Shown here piece after piece: positions 31,481 to 41,937 of a stretch of DNA of 45,185 nt; within the stretch, counting starts at the first letter, position 1, and every line of letters starts with the position of its first letter. A program made the translations under genes and the position numbers. The DNA lies in IMG/VR virus record IMGVR_UViG_3300027933_000001, positions 1-45,185 of that record; one strand, written 5' to 3'. Under the pieces are notes generated by a model. The model had not been told where the DNA came from. It did no database searches and worked only from the letters and a program-made list of their open reading frames with translations.

Positions 31481-33115
31481 TTGATGAACTCATTGAGTGT
31501 ACTAAAGGACGTAATTTTGTCTTTGTCGAATAAGTTTGTAGATAGGGAGGAAGAAGTTCTTGCACTTACATCTTCTCTTGTACTAGGGAAGCTAGGTGCG
31601 AATATGTTACTAATAGGATACCCTGGTACAGCAAAGAGCTCTTTAGTAAAGGAGTTCTGCAGGACTCTAAACCTTAGCTATGGGGAACTCGTTCTTACTC
31701 CTACCATGCTTCCGTCTTCTTCACTTTACTATATAGACCAGATAAAGCTGATTAAGGAGAACAAAGTAGAAGTAAATCCTTCATCGTTAAGTTACGCTGA
31801 TATAGCGTTTTTAGATGAGATAGGTAGGGCTAATGATATAATGCTACACTCAATTCTCTCATATCTTCTTGATAGAGAATTTTTCATAGACCAAATAACA
31901 GCTAAAATGAAGACGAGGACACTAACTGTTGTCGGGGCTACAAATTTTGTTAACTTAGATAGTAAGTTTGATGCAGTTTATGATAGGTTCACGTATTCTA
32001 TCGTTACTTTTCCGCCGAGCTCGGATGAATTCGAAGCTGTGTATGAGAAGGGTATTGAGATATTAAATAGAAAACTTGATGACGATGGGGACGGTAACGT
32101 TGAAGTTATTCCGATTACTGTCAATAGTAAGAAGCCTAAATTGGATAGAGAAGAAATAATAGAGCTTGCGAGAGTCGCGTTATCTGAAGTTAGCCAAAGT
32201 GACATTTTGATAGCTAAGAAAATCTATTCTGCGTTCAATATGGATAAAATAGGGGAAAATAGGTTAGTCAAAATTACGATTGATGAACTATCTAAACCTC
32301 TTGCGGATATATTTAAAAAATATGTTGCGGATAGAGAAGTACTGTTCCCTGTAAAGTCGTCAATGAGAAAGTTGCAATTGTTACCTCCTACCCTTGCGTT
32401 ATTGCGTATGCTCGGTTATTATGACCCAGTAAACATAGCTAAGGCTATCTCGTGGTTTTTCATAATTCCAGACGAGCAATATTTCCCGCTCTATATAAAG
32501 TCGCGTGAGGAGGGAATAAGCATACTGCAAAAGAAGATCCTTAACATAATCCATGATCTATTGCCTAAAGTATCCCAACCTACATTTAATGATAAGATGC
32601 TGAACGAGGCAGAAATGATAATCAGATTTTTATCTAACGCACTTATAAGCATTAAGAAAATCCCCAATCATGTGAAGGATGTTATAACTGTAGAAAGTAA
32701 TGATATAATAATCCACGTTGACACCTTACTTAACATATTAAGCACAGAAGGAAAACTGAGCGATTTCCAGTTATTCAACTTCGGTCTTTATGGCGTTAAT
32801 AAACCCGTATTCAAGCTGATTAGGAAAATTGTATCGCTTTATGATAAAGATATGATAAACACGTTGGATATGCAGAAAAAGCTGGAAATACAGAAGAAAC
32901 TACAGTCTGCAATACCGCTCATAGCAACAATCATCAGTGACGTCTATGACATATATGTGGCATATAATAACGGTATTGAAGACAATATGAGCAAATCACT
33001 CTTCAAAAGAATGCTTAATAACGCTGGCTTAGTTACATCTGCAGACATTAATGATTTTAAAAAGAGAATGTTAGAAGATATAAAGGTCGAACTCCTAACG
33101 AAAATCTCAGCATAA
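31481..33115 (+). CDS. MoxR/RavA-family AAA+ ATPase (ATV p618-like)
   Basis: FVDREE, GYPGTAKS, FLDEIGRAN, GATN, AVYDRF. Confidence 0.9.
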   Translation: MMNSLSVLKDVILSLSNKFVDREEEVLALTSSLVLGKLGANMLLIGYPGTAKSSLVKEFCRTLNLSYGELVLTPTMLPSSSLYYIDQIKLIKENKVEVNPSSLSYADIAFLDEIGRANDIMLHSILSYLLDREFFIDQITAKMKTRTLTVVGATNFVNLDSKFDAVYDRFTYSIVTFPPSSDEFEAVYEKGIEILNRKLDDDGDGNVEVIPITVNSKKPKLDREEIIELARVALSEVSQSDILIAKKIYSAFNMDKIGENRLVKITIDELSKPLADIFKKYVADREVLFPVKSSMRKLQLLPPTLALLRMLGYYDPVNIAKAISWFFIIPDEQYFPLYIKSREEGISILQKKILNIIHDLLPKVSQPTFNDKMLNEAEMIIRFLSNALISIKKIPNHVKDVITVESNDIIIHVDTLLNILSTEGKLSDFQLFNFGLYGVNKPVFKLIRKIVSLYDKDMINTLDMQKKLEIQKKLQSAIPLIATIISDVYDIYVAYNNGIEDNMSKSLFKRMLNNAGLVTSADINDFKKRMLEDIKVELLTKISA

Positions 33116-33137
33116 GCAGAACGCTTTTATTCTAGCA

Positions 33138-33554
33138 TTGTTTTCTATTGTTATGGAAAACCTATTCCAAAGGGCTGTGAACAATTTTTCAATCATAGTC
33201 AATTCCTTGCCTGACGATTATAAAACAATTACGATATCTTTCATACAACAACAAGTACCAGAGGTAAACCAGACATTTTTAGAGGAATTAACTGGAAGAA
33301 CAGAGCAGACTGTACCGATATCTAAGTTACCTAAACTCGTTAATGTAACTTTAGATATAGTGAATAAACTCCCAGAATTTATTTCAGAAACTGAAAATAC
33401 TAACGTTGTCCCAGAAATATTCGCAATTCAGACAGGTCTACAATTCATTTCACAATATATCCTCCCAAAGTTAATCAAAGTAAATAACGCCTCTCAGTCA
33501 CTCTTTGAGTATAATAATTCTGTATCCACGTTACCGAGAGTGATAACGCAGTAG
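33138..33554 (+). CDS. Hypothetical protein
   Basis: 138-aa ORF. Confidence 0.7.
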   Translation: MFSIVMENLFQRAVNNFSIIVNSLPDDYKTITISFIQQQVPEVNQTFLEELTGRTEQTVPISKLPKLVNVTLDIVNKLPEFISETENTNVVPEIFAIQTGLQFISQYILPKLIKVNNASQSLFEYNNSVSTLPRVITQ

Positions 33555-33697
33555 CTGGTTCTAAGTTCGAACTTTTTTGTATATATACGACTTCGAACTT
33601 TTCCTTCAAAAAATGACGCTAAATTTTTAGTAGATAGTTCGATATTTATACTACCAACAGCACATCCGTTTTTAACCACACGTTTCGTTAGTTTCTC

Positions 33698-34645
33698 ATG
33701 CTATTGAAGCTTGTTGTGTTGAAACTAATAGTGCTGTTAATTTCGTTTGTTGTATACATATTTGTACTTGTAAAATATCCAGATATTTTGTCAGAATTAC
33801 TTATAATTAATACTGCAGAATCGTTATCAACACACCTAATGCCGTTGAATGCAGTAAAGCTAAGATATGAGAAGAAGGTCTGCATGTTATATTTTTACAC
33901 TCTTTTCTCGTTTGTGTCGTTATTGTTAATTCATTCGTTATTATGCTATCTCCCTGCAGTGTTCATTTTCACTTTCACAGATATTTACGTTAACGTTGCA
34001 GATGACCGTATGCTAAAGTACTTTTACACTATCCCCAACATTTTACTTTCACTTTCGCTTATCTCTGGGAACCTGCTTGTAAGCTATTACATTTACGTAA
34101 TAGCACGCCTCATATTTCTAAAACCTGAATTTGTTAAGCCAAGCTTTGATAAGAATTTCTTTATAGAGAACCTAAAACTATATCCTAATAATATATTAGG
34201 ATTAATAAAAGGAAGGACTCAGTGCATAATAGCGAGCATATTCAACCCCTGCCCTCTATTCTTCATATTCAATAAGGGCATTAAGACAATAAACGAACTG
34301 AGTGAAACTACAAATAGAATAGATGAGAACCCTAAGAAGTTAGCAATAGGCGTAATGGGGGTTGGCGTTATACTAATCCCGTTTTATTTCTATCTAGGTT
34401 TGGCTGTGTTCTTTACTGCGTTCTCTTTCTTAGCTATAGATAATGCAAAGAAGTTGATAAGATATAAGAAATATAAAGAGTATAATGTTGCAATTACATT
34501 ACCTTTAATTAGTATAGCAGTACTTATAGTAACGTTCTTCATTAGCAGGAATATAATGATACTATTGTCAAGCCCTGGAGTATATTCATTCACTCAATTT
34601 TTAATCTCATCATTTCTTATTAAGAAATATGGGAATACTATATAA
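33698..34645 (+). CDS. Polytopic membrane protein
   Basis: Multiple hydrophobic segments. Confidence 0.75.
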   Translation: MLLKLVVLKLIVLLISFVVYIFVLVKYPDILSELLIINTAESLSTHLMPLNAVKLRYEKKVCMLYFYTLFSFVSLLLIHSLLCYLPAVFIFTFTDIYVNVADDRMLKYFYTIPNILLSLSLISGNLLVSYYIYVIARLIFLKPEFVKPSFDKNFFIENLKLYPNNILGLIKGRTQCIIASIFNPCPLFFIFNKGIKTINELSETTNRIDENPKKLAIGVMGVGVILIPFYFYLGLAVFFTAFSFLAIDNAKKLIRYKKYKEYNVAITLPLISIAVLIVTFFISRNIMILLSSPGVYSFTQFLISSFLIKKYGNTI

Positions 34646-35105
34646 CCTCGTAAATAGCGTTTTCCTAGCTGGTGAGGGCGTAACAATAGCTGGGCTTGCT
34701 ATAAATATTTTAGTAAACTTAATACCTTGCATACAAACCTCAATACCGCCAAGCGTTTATGCAACAATTTCATCAATGACTCTTCTGAATTTCCTCTTCA
34801 ATATCCTTCACAACCCATTCGTGTCAGTAACGTTGTCTGGACTAGGTGCAATAGTGTCCTTCGTAGTATCATTATCGGCAAGTGTAGAAAGCTATATGCA
34901 AGCTGGAATGTATGCAGTTTACGCTTCGCTAATATTCGGAAACCTTGACTGGTTCCTGGTATGGGCAACCACAACAATTTCCAGTTCTGGGTTAGCAATA
35001 GCAACTCAAGCAGTATATCTCATAGGTGTAATAGACAGCATAGTAGGAATTGCACAAGTAATATACATACTAATGGTATTGGGCATAATACCCAACACTC
35101 TATAG
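34629..35105 (+). CDS. Hydrophobic membrane/virion protein
   Basis: 158 aa, almost devoid of charge. Confidence 0.75.
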   Translation: MGILYNLVNSVFLAGEGVTIAGLAINILVNLIPCIQTSIPPSVYATISSMTLLNFLFNILHNPFVSVTLSGLGAIVSFVVSLSASVESYMQAGMYAVYASLIFGNLDWFLVWATTTISSSGLAIATQAVYLIGVIDSIVGIAQVIYILMVLGIIPNTL

Positions 35106-35114
35106 GGGATAAAA

Positions 35115-35384
35115 ATGAAGATAAGTACTAATTATGACATAATAAAAAGAGTTCTGGAGATAGAAAGCGATACTCCCACACTTATAACTCAAATTTACGA
35201 CTCAGTTTCTGCGTTCAATTGCAGAAAAATAGGAAACAAAAAAATAAGGTGTTTGGACATAGATGCACCTCATTTTATAATGGTAAACAACCAGATCTCT
35301 TCTGCTATTTCTTCTTTTAGAGAAATTACTAACAATGGAAATGATAATGAAAGCGAAGAAGAGAATGAAGAGATTATGTTTTAA
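35115..35384 (+). CDS. Hypothetical protein
   Basis: 89-aa ORF with RBS and acidic tail. Confidence 0.7.
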   Translation: MKISTNYDIIKRVLEIESDTPTLITQIYDSVSAFNCRKIGNKKIRCLDIDAPHFIMVNNQISSAISSFREITNNGNDNESEEENEEIMF

Positions 35385-35457
35385 TTTTATTTATTCTAAT
35401 GTAATAGAGATATTATCCAAAATGTGAGAAAAATAGTGCATAAAATCACTATTTTAA

Positions 35458-35780
35458 CTTTTGGGGGTTAAGGGGGCGGAAGTCCCCCTCCGTAAGATGG
35501 GGGATGGATAGCCCCCTTACAGAAACCTTTTATAGTTATCAAAAAATAGATGTACACAGACCTCTGGCTGTAAGAGCTGAGGTCGTACCCTCGGGACTGG
35601 GGGAACTTACGCCTGTGGAGAGTGACCCTCCGTAACCCCTCTTCCACACGGGGCATTACAGAACGGTTCCGTTCGATGGAACCTCCGCTGTGGGTGAAGG
35701 GGGATCGAGGTCGCTCTGAGAAGCAGGAAATCCTCATCGCGAGATGGGGATGCCCCGTCCGTTAGGGCGGGGTAGTTCAC
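35458..35780 (+). mobile_element. SMN1-like element, copy 3
   Basis: Reverse complement of copy 1; preceded by TTTAA. Confidence 0.88.
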
Positions 35781-35834
35781 GTGAACTCTCGCCAATGCTA
35801 CCTATTTAAATACTCGCAATCTATTTCATTCGCA

Positions 35835-36734
35835 ATGGATATCTGGAAATTTGTTATGGCGTATAAAAACTATCCAGAAGTACTTTTTAATGTTATATTG
35901 AATAGAAAGTCAAAGGCTGAGTTAAGAGATGGTAGAACAGTATATTTATCAGCACCAGCACTAAAAGCATTGAGTGCGTACTACAGGGAAATGCGTGAGT
36001 ACCCGAGAGAAATAGAAGACTGCGAAGGAGAATGTAAAACTCAGCTTGAATGCTTTATATTATGTTTTCTAAAGTATCATGAATGGAAGACTAAAGATAA
36101 TTATATGTATAAAAATCTTGAAAGTTTAGGTTCTGTTAAGTTCCTTAAATATTATAAGGGGAAAGTAGCCATAGAGCAAACTATCCACGAGATATTTGAT
36201 GAGCAAATTTATAACGACTTTAGAGAAATCAAAGGAGACGTAGTTGATATAGGTGCAGGAATAGGTGACTCGCCTATTTTCTTTGCATTGTGGGGTGCAA
36301 GTAAAGTTCTGGGAATAGAACCTTTACCTACTCCTTATAACGTTGCATTAGAAAATATCAAGCTAAACGAATTAAACAACAGAGTAAGGATACTGAATGC
36401 AATAATAAATTATGAATCCCGTGTAGTTAAAATTAAGGATCACGACGTCGTAGGCAGTGCAGGAGTCTATGTTAGACCGCAGAAGTCAGATATCGCAGTT
36501 AAGAGCGTTACGATAAGCGATTTAGTTAGAGAATTAGATAACCCGTTTATGATAAAGATGGACTGTGAAGGCTGTGAGTACGATATATTGAGGCATGAGA
36601 AGGAGTCGCTTAAGTATTTTGAGAAGATAATAATGGAATATCATAAGAAGCCACCTATAAAAGAAGTAGAAGAACTCGGTTTTAGTTTAACTAATAAAAA
36701 TGGCAAAATCCTGATATTCTATAGAAAGAAATAA
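35835..36734 (+). CDS. FkbM-family SAM-dependent methyltransferase
   Basis: VVDIGAGIGD, GIEP, IKMDCEGCEY, IMEYH; start revised to MDIWK behind TATA TTTAAATA. Confidence 0.9.
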   Translation: MDIWKFVMAYKNYPEVLFNVILNRKSKAELRDGRTVYLSAPALKALSAYYREMREYPREIEDCEGECKTQLECFILCFLKYHEWKTKDNYMYKNLESLGSVKFLKYYKGKVAIEQTIHEIFDEQIYNDFREIKGDVVDIGAGIGDSPIFFALWGASKVLGIEPLPTPYNVALENIKLNELNNRVRILNAIINYESRVVKIKDHDVVGSAGVYVRPQKSDIAVKSVTISDLVRELDNPFMIKMDCEGCEYDILRHEKESLKYFEKIIMEYHKKPPIKEVEELGFSLTNKNGKILIFYRKK

Positions 36735-36779
36735 AGAAGTAATATTATCCAAAACCTGAGAAAAATAGTGCATAAAAAA

Positions 36780-37193
36780 TTATGAAGCCAGCTTTATGGT
36801 TGAGCGATAATACGACAATATTAACATGCGGATTATTGTAGAAATTTTTACATTGAATATGAAGGCTAGTTTGAACAACTTTGGGGCAACTATAGGAGAT
36901 ACTGTAAGGTTTATTCTATAAGTTTTTTTACTAGCCGTGTCTCCAGATGAAAGAATAGCGTTATACAGTTCCTCATCGCTTTTATTTAGCATGTGATGTA
37001 AAATTTTTGTAGCTTCTCTACCGTTTAAGATTACATTAGAAGGTAAAGAGGTAGTAAGATGATACCTGCTGGAATAGACAAGATAAACGTAACATTTGTT
37101 ATCTTTTATCACGTAGCTGAGATACTTGCTCTTCCTTATGGTGCATTTATTTCTAGGTAAAATCATGAGTAATTCTACACCGTTATTCTTCAT
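36780..37193 (-). CDS. Protein with C-terminal RHH-like motif
   Basis: RINLTV..KLFKLA..KISTIIRMLI. Confidence 0.6.
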   Translation of the reverse strand: MKNNGVELLMILPRNKCTIRKSKYLSYVIKDNKCYVYLVYSSRYHLTTSLPSNVILNGREATKILHHMLNKSDEELYNAILSSGDTASKKTYRINLTVSPIVAPKLFKLAFIFNVKISTIIRMLILSYYRSTIKLAS

Positions 37194-37680
37194 TGATTTT
37201 CACCCCATATGAAGAGTTTCTTTTGTAAACAGTATATATATGGTTGTCCCCAACAATCTCTACATTAAAAGGTAATGTAAAATGCGGAATATTAGAAACT
37301 ACATAGGATGATATAATCTCGTTGCCTGAAAGCGTAAATAATAACGCCATTATGCTATCTGGTAGCTTGTAAACTAAAAGGACGTCTCTGCAGAGTAAAT
37401 AAGGTTCGTCGTCATATTTTATAATCTCAGCTTGGGAGTTCTCAAAACCTTTTATCATCCTACACTTACGCTTTGTTTGTGGGTATAAAAGAATAGAAAC
37501 GTCTATGTAATTCAGATTTTCAATTATATTCTTGATAACGCACTTAGCAAAATTTTTATCTTTAGTACATTCGGCTACCTTAAAAAACAACATTTGCCTA
37601 AATTTCTCTATTTCCTCCTTAGGGGGAGTATTTATATTTTTTAATAACATATTTTGGTACATGTGCATCCCCGAAATCAC
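37183..37680 (-). CDS. Hypothetical protein
   Basis: 165-aa ORF. Confidence 0.7.
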   Translation of the reverse strand: MISGMHMYQNMLLKNINTPPKEEIEKFRQMLFFKVAECTKDKNFAKCVIKNIIENLNYIDVSILLYPQTKRKCRMIKGFENSQAEIIKYDDEPYLLCRDVLLVYKLPDSIMALLFTLSGNEIISSYVVSNIPHFTLPFNVEIVGDNHIYTVYKRNSSYGVKINEE

Positions 37681-37706
37681 ATCTGTGATTGCAGAAGAAA
37701 AAACCG

Positions 37707-38378
37707 TCAGAATACTCCTGCGTTTTTAAGTATTAAGTACACTGCGTACCTTAGCACTTTAGACCTTGTAACTTTATGATTTATTGCAAAGTTATCGAGC
37801 TTCTCTAACAACTTCTTATCCATCTTTATCGACAACACACCAGTATCACCGTCAAGAAGCTTCTTATCATCGTAATTGGCATCAATCTCTTTGCTATTTA
37901 AAATAGTATTAGCAAGTGTATAGCGTATTAATTCGCCAGCAGTTTTACCTATTTTGCATGAATACGAAATAAGTAAATTTTTAATTTCCTTTGAGATCTT
38001 TACTGTAATTATAATGTTGTTGTGTTCAAGAACATCTTCTCTATATTGTACACCAACACTTTCTAGTCTGTGCACCTTCACTGCAAAAGGCTTAGGCTTT
38101 GCTGTCGTATAAACCCTTATTTTATACAGTAAATCGTTGCCAAACATAAAACTTATACGTTGACCATTCTTATCCATCATCACTACGTATTGACCATTAT
38201 TGAAAGTCACAAAAAATCCGCTCTCGCTTAGTATTTTTAGCAGTACATTAACTTTGTTTTTAGAAATATAATCGAGATGAAAAGTGAATTCTGTATCTGC
38301 TTCTCTAGTTATAGTGTATTTTATATTTAAAGAATCTAAATGTTCTTTTATTAGATCTACAACTGATGACAGAGTCAT
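37707..38378 (-). CDS. Protein with two C-terminal RHH domains
   Basis: [15 protein letters not shown] and [27 protein letters not shown]. Confidence 0.8.
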   Translation of the reverse strand: MTLSSVVDLIKEHLDSLNIKYTITREADTEFTFHLDYISKNKVNVLLKILSESGFFVTFNNGQYVVMMDKNGQRISFMFGNDLLYKIRVYTTAKPKPFAVKVHRLESVGVQYREDVLEHNNIIITVKISKEIKNLLISYSCKIGKTAGELIRYTLANTILNSKEIDANYDDKKLLDGDTGVLSIKMDKKLLEKLDNFAINHKVTRSKVLRYAVYLILKNAGVF

Positions 38379-39244
38379 ATCGCTCGCCCCTCGCCATATT
38401 TTTTCTTACACCAGGCTATGCAACCAGTGTCGTCATCGCCAGGGTCACCAAAATGAACCTTGCAATCATGAATGCACTGATATAGGTCAGCAAGACCCAT
38501 ACTAGAAAGTATACATTTAGGTATGCCGTCACGATATACACCTTCTGGACATCTGCTAATTTCGAAACCCCATATTCCGTTAAGGACATTCTCTACAGTC
38601 ATTGGTCTATCACTAGTTAAATTGTTCAATATTATGCAATTAGCCCCAGCATACTTAAAGAGGCGGGGATGGACTTTCTTTACTTCTTCTAGCATTTTCC
38701 ATGCAACTTGACGTATTTCCCACTGTGCCCTTGAGCATAATCTGAGGGCAAAGAAGTTGTATAACTCTCTGGCGTTCATTGTCACAACGATGTTTGTATT
38801 TACTCCGTTAGGTAGGACGTATCTGGCATCTTCCTCTGGAACACCGTTCTGTAATAGCTCATAGTAGTATTTGTAAGCGTCGTCGTAAGCCTTCTTAACT
38901 AGTTCCTCGTTCCTCTTTTCCGCAGAAGGCGGAGTTACTGGTTGGTAGTACTCATCAACGGGCTTAGCAAACCTATGGCTCATTTGTGTGTATGATGCAA
39001 TGCGGTGTCTCACTAGTTGATGAGAGGCAACCCTGCTTATACCCTCTATTGAGAAGGTATAACTACTGTGTTCTAGTGGTGACCAGTAGCCGTGAATGAT
39101 AGCGTCACGGATCCACACTTCTACTTCCTCATCCGTCATTGTCTTCTCGTGGTAATCCCAACCCTTTCTAGACCTGCTCATCTTAGAAGCGATTGCTACT
39201 ATTTTTTCTCCATCTTTCGTATAAGAAACTAGTTCAACTTTCAT
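38375..39244 (-). CDS. thyX: Flavin-dependent thymidylate synthase
   Basis: [16 protein letters not shown] (RHR-x7-S), [20 protein letters not shown]; start revised to MKVELV. Confidence 0.95.
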   Translation of the reverse strand: MKVELVSYTKDGEKIVAIASKMSRSRKGWDYHEKTMTDEEVEVWIRDAIIHGYWSPLEHSSYTFSIEGISRVASHQLVRHRIASYTQMSHRFAKPVDEYYQPVTPPSAEKRNEELVKKAYDDAYKYYYELLQNGVPEEDARYVLPNGVNTNIVVTMNARELYNFFALRLCSRAQWEIRQVAWKMLEEVKKVHPRLFKYAGANCIILNNLTSDRPMTVENVLNGIWGFEISRCPEGVYRDGIPKCILSSMGLADLYQCIHDCKVHFGDPGDDDTGCIAWCKKKYGEGRAI

Positions 39245-39260
39245 CTTTTTCGCCCCGTTT

Positions 39261-40112
39261 TTAAAATAATTGAGAAATTTTCCTTTCTTCACTAGCTATT
39301 GGTATGTCATATTTGTACGGTGGTTTTAGTTTTTCCCTCAATAACTTTAGCGTGTTTATTATACTTTCGTAGTCGAGCTCAGCCATTAACTCGTCGTAAC
39401 TGCTAGATCCATAATATGCTGAATATATTGACCAAGGTGCTTCATAAAGCAAACTGGTTACGTGTTCGACCATATATTTATGAAATAGTAGTATTTTATT
39501 CAAATTTTCAATAAACTCTTTCAGGCATGCCTTAGGTAATGCGTAGCCTTTTATTGATAATAAAGAATTGAGGAGATACAATGCGAGACCAGTAACCTTA
39601 TAGAACCCACCACCTTCTTCAGTTACAAGACCTAGGGCTAACAACGGTACTACGTCCTTTTTAGGTGCTTTAAATCTGAGCGATGAAATGTAAGAAGTGT
39701 ATTTATTTAGCAGTTCGGATAAATCTCGCAACTCAATTAAACTTGATTTATGAGCCAGTAGTGTTATGACCAATGCTATAATACCTAGCTCCACAGTTTT
39801 ATAATATTCATCGTCGATAAGGTCTACATCAAAATATTTCTTTATAATATCCTCAAATTTGCTTAACGCGTCAGGAGATATATTAAGAATAACATCGCTT
39901 ACAAACCCATTTTTAAAAGCTTCTATTATAAGCCTCTCGTTTTTTATTGGCTTGCTTGAAAAGAAAACATTGAGAAAGTTCATTGCTTCTTCAGCAACAA
40001 TATTAGGGGAAAGGGAAGGGCTTTCCACATTTAACACCCCGAGAACAAAATACCAGGTCGCCTTTTTAGAAGATACTTCCGATTTAGAAAAACGAATAAC
40101 TAGAGCTATCAT
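39261..40112 (-). CDS. Hypothetical protein
   Basis: 283-aa ORF starting immediately after the terminal CRISPR repeat. Confidence 0.75.
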   Translation of the reverse strand: MIALVIRFSKSEVSSKKATWYFVLGVLNVESPSLSPNIVAEEAMNFLNVFFSSKPIKNERLIIEAFKNGFVSDVILNISPDALSKFEDIIKKYFDVDLIDDEYYKTVELGIIALVITLLAHKSSLIELRDLSELLNKYTSYISSLRFKAPKKDVVPLLALGLVTEEGGGFYKVTGLALYLLNSLLSIKGYALPKACLKEFIENLNKILLFHKYMVEHVTSLLYEAPWSIYSAYYGSSSYDELMAELDYESIINTLKLLREKLKPPYKYDIPIASEERKISQLF

Positions 40113-40401
40113 ATTTCAGTTCTTCCTTATTTCAACTGAGGTAGAGATGTTAAAGAGACATATGGAAAACTTTTAGTTCTTACTTATTTCGACAAAAGTG
40201 GGTACTGGTAAGGTAGAATGGAATAGAGTTTTTCAGTTCTTACTTATTTCAACTATTTTTACCCCGTCCCTGGAAGAGGCGGGGCAACTTCCCGCTACGA
40301 CGCCCCCTTCCCTCGCTCTACCCATCTTTTAGTTCTTCCTTATTTTAGCTCACTTTCCAAAAATAAAAACTTTTCAGTAGGCACTTTTAGTTCTTCCTTA
40401 A
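40113..40401 (-). CRISPR. Virus-borne mini-CRISPR array: 4 full repeats plus 1 truncated repeat, no cas genes in window
   Basis: 24-bp repeats at 40113, 40170, 40230, 40326 and 40384 (partial); minus-strand consensus GTTGAAATAAG(G/T)AAGAACT(A/G)AAAG; spacers of 33, 36, 72 and 34 bp. Confidence 0.82.
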
Positions 40402-40403
40402 CC

Positions 40404-40739
40404 CTAGAAGGGGCGAGGTTTATTGCTCGCTTCATCAGCCTCCTCCAGCATCTTATCTAGCATTTTTTCTATAAGTATGTATAAAAATTTCCCTTTTTCT
40501 TCATGTGTAAGCATACTATAATCGGAAAAAATACTGTATAAAATTACTTGTTGTCTATATGGGAGTTTTACAGCTCTAATGACATACCTATAAATCTTAT
40601 CAGCAGACATTGCAATCCCTCGCATTTTGTATAATCCATATATTGAAAGAAAATAATCGATAAGCTTCTTTGTCTGATTATAGTTAAACATAGCTGACAC
40701 GGTGTTTGCAAGGTATTCTATAAAGTCTTCACGTTCCAT
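40404..40739 (-). CDS. Hypothetical protein (stop lies in an IS605 left-end remnant)
   Basis: C-terminal NKPRPF* is encoded by AAACCTCGCCCCTTCTAG. Confidence 0.7.
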   Translation of the reverse strand: MEREDFIEYLANTVSAMFNYNQTKKLIDYFLSIYGLYKMRGIAMSADKIYRYVIRAVKLPYRQQVILYSIFSDYSMLTHEEKGKFLYILIEKMLDKMLEEADEASNKPRPF

Positions 40740-40986
40740 TGTTCATCCTCCTTTCTAACTCCTTCCTATGTTTCGTTAGTATTATATCTATAATGTCATC
40801 TAAGTACTCGTCGACTATATCTTCCAGGTCAATTCTATCAAATTTGACGTCGTCAATATCTGCTTCATAAACAGTATCCTCAGCATACGGATAGCACTGA
40901 CTACAACTACCACTACAACCATAGAAGTCACTATCACACCATGTATTTTCCTCTAGGAATTTATAGGGTATCTTAACCTTCACCAT
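40729..40986 (-). CDS. Small acidic Cys-cluster protein
   Basis: C-x6-C-x3-C-x2-C; GGTGA RBS. Confidence 0.75.
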   Translation of the reverse strand: MVKVKIPYKFLEENTWCDSDFYGCSGSCSQCYPYAEDTVYEADIDDVKFDRIDLEDIVDEYLDDIIDIILTKHRKELERRMNNGT

Positions 40987-41154
40987 TCATCACCTTTTTC
41001 TTCTCCTTTCCATTCAACTTCTTTTTTGACTTTTTCACTTTCTTCCATAAAACACCCCCGTTTGTCCCTATACTTTCATTTCAATCATGATCTAGTTAGC
41101 CCTCAACTACTATCTTTATAAACTTAAAACTAACATAATCCTTGGGAAGAAAAA

Positions 41155-41436
41155 ATGTATGTAGAAATTGAATTCCCGCCAAATGGTGGTCTCAAAGTTC
41201 GCAGTGGGGTCATTGATCAAGGTCTGATGGTAATACCGACCACCGACAATAAGTATGTACTGGTCAACTTTACACCAGACGGTGATTTTGTAGAGCTGTT
41301 TGATGACTTTAGAGAGCTTATCAAAAAGGTGCAAGAATATTACGGCGACGATATAGCGAAAATCGTAGAAAATGAATTGCGAGAATATTACGGAAATGAT
41401 CTAGTGGAGAACGAGAGCGAAATGATTCAGGATTAG
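41155..41436 (+). CDS. Small acidic protein
   Basis: 93 aa; repeated EYYG..VENE. Confidence 0.7.
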   Translation: MYVEIEFPPNGGLKVRSGVIDQGLMVIPTTDNKYVLVNFTPDGDFVELFDDFRELIKKVQEYYGDDIAKIVENELREYYGNDLVENESEMIQD

Positions 41437-41487
41437 GTACCAAATTATTCAAAAACGTTAATCTCAGTTTTTTGCCATTCTTCGGTC

Positions 41488-41937
41488 TTAAGATGTTTTC
41501 AAACGTGGATAATTACCAATAGTATCGCAGTATTCCCAATTATAGCCGTTGTACTTGAAGCCCATTTGCTTAAGTTTGTTAACAAGCTCTGCGAACTGCT
41601 CACGTGGCAATCTCTTCATTTTTATTGATATGCAATAGTATCCTGGATGGTTAATGGCGTTCTCATCGAACCTATCTAAAATTGCCCTTGCATCATATTT
41701 ACCTAGAATTCTATTATTAATATCATCAATTAATTTAAGAATACTTTCTTTGAATTCAGCCCTGTTCTTTTCGACCATCATTTTTGTGTTATAATATTGT
41801 TTAAAAAGTTCTGGATCGATTTTTTGTAGTCTACGTTCATCAGAAATGCTAAGACCTATTTTTGCGTATGGACTACTAGAAGATTTTTGTATTAATTTTT
41901 TAACCATATCTATTAATTCTTTATCAAATTTACTCAT
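41488..41937 (-). CDS. Hypothetical protein
   Basis: 149-aa ORF with GGAGG RBS. Confidence 0.8.
   Translation of the reverse strand: MSKFDKELIDMVKKLIQKSSSSPYAKIGLSISDERRLQKIDPELFKQYYNTKMMVEKNRAEFKESILKLIDDINNRILGKYDARAILDRFDENAINHPGYYCISIKMKRLPREQFAELVNKLKQMGFKYNGYNWEYCDTIGNYPRLKTS

Noticed and set aside
7858-35795. Repeated 62-102-aa ORFs (MRISCFSERP.. and overlapping ones)
   Set aside because: Incidental frames within the SMN1-like element; an indel in copy 2 changes them
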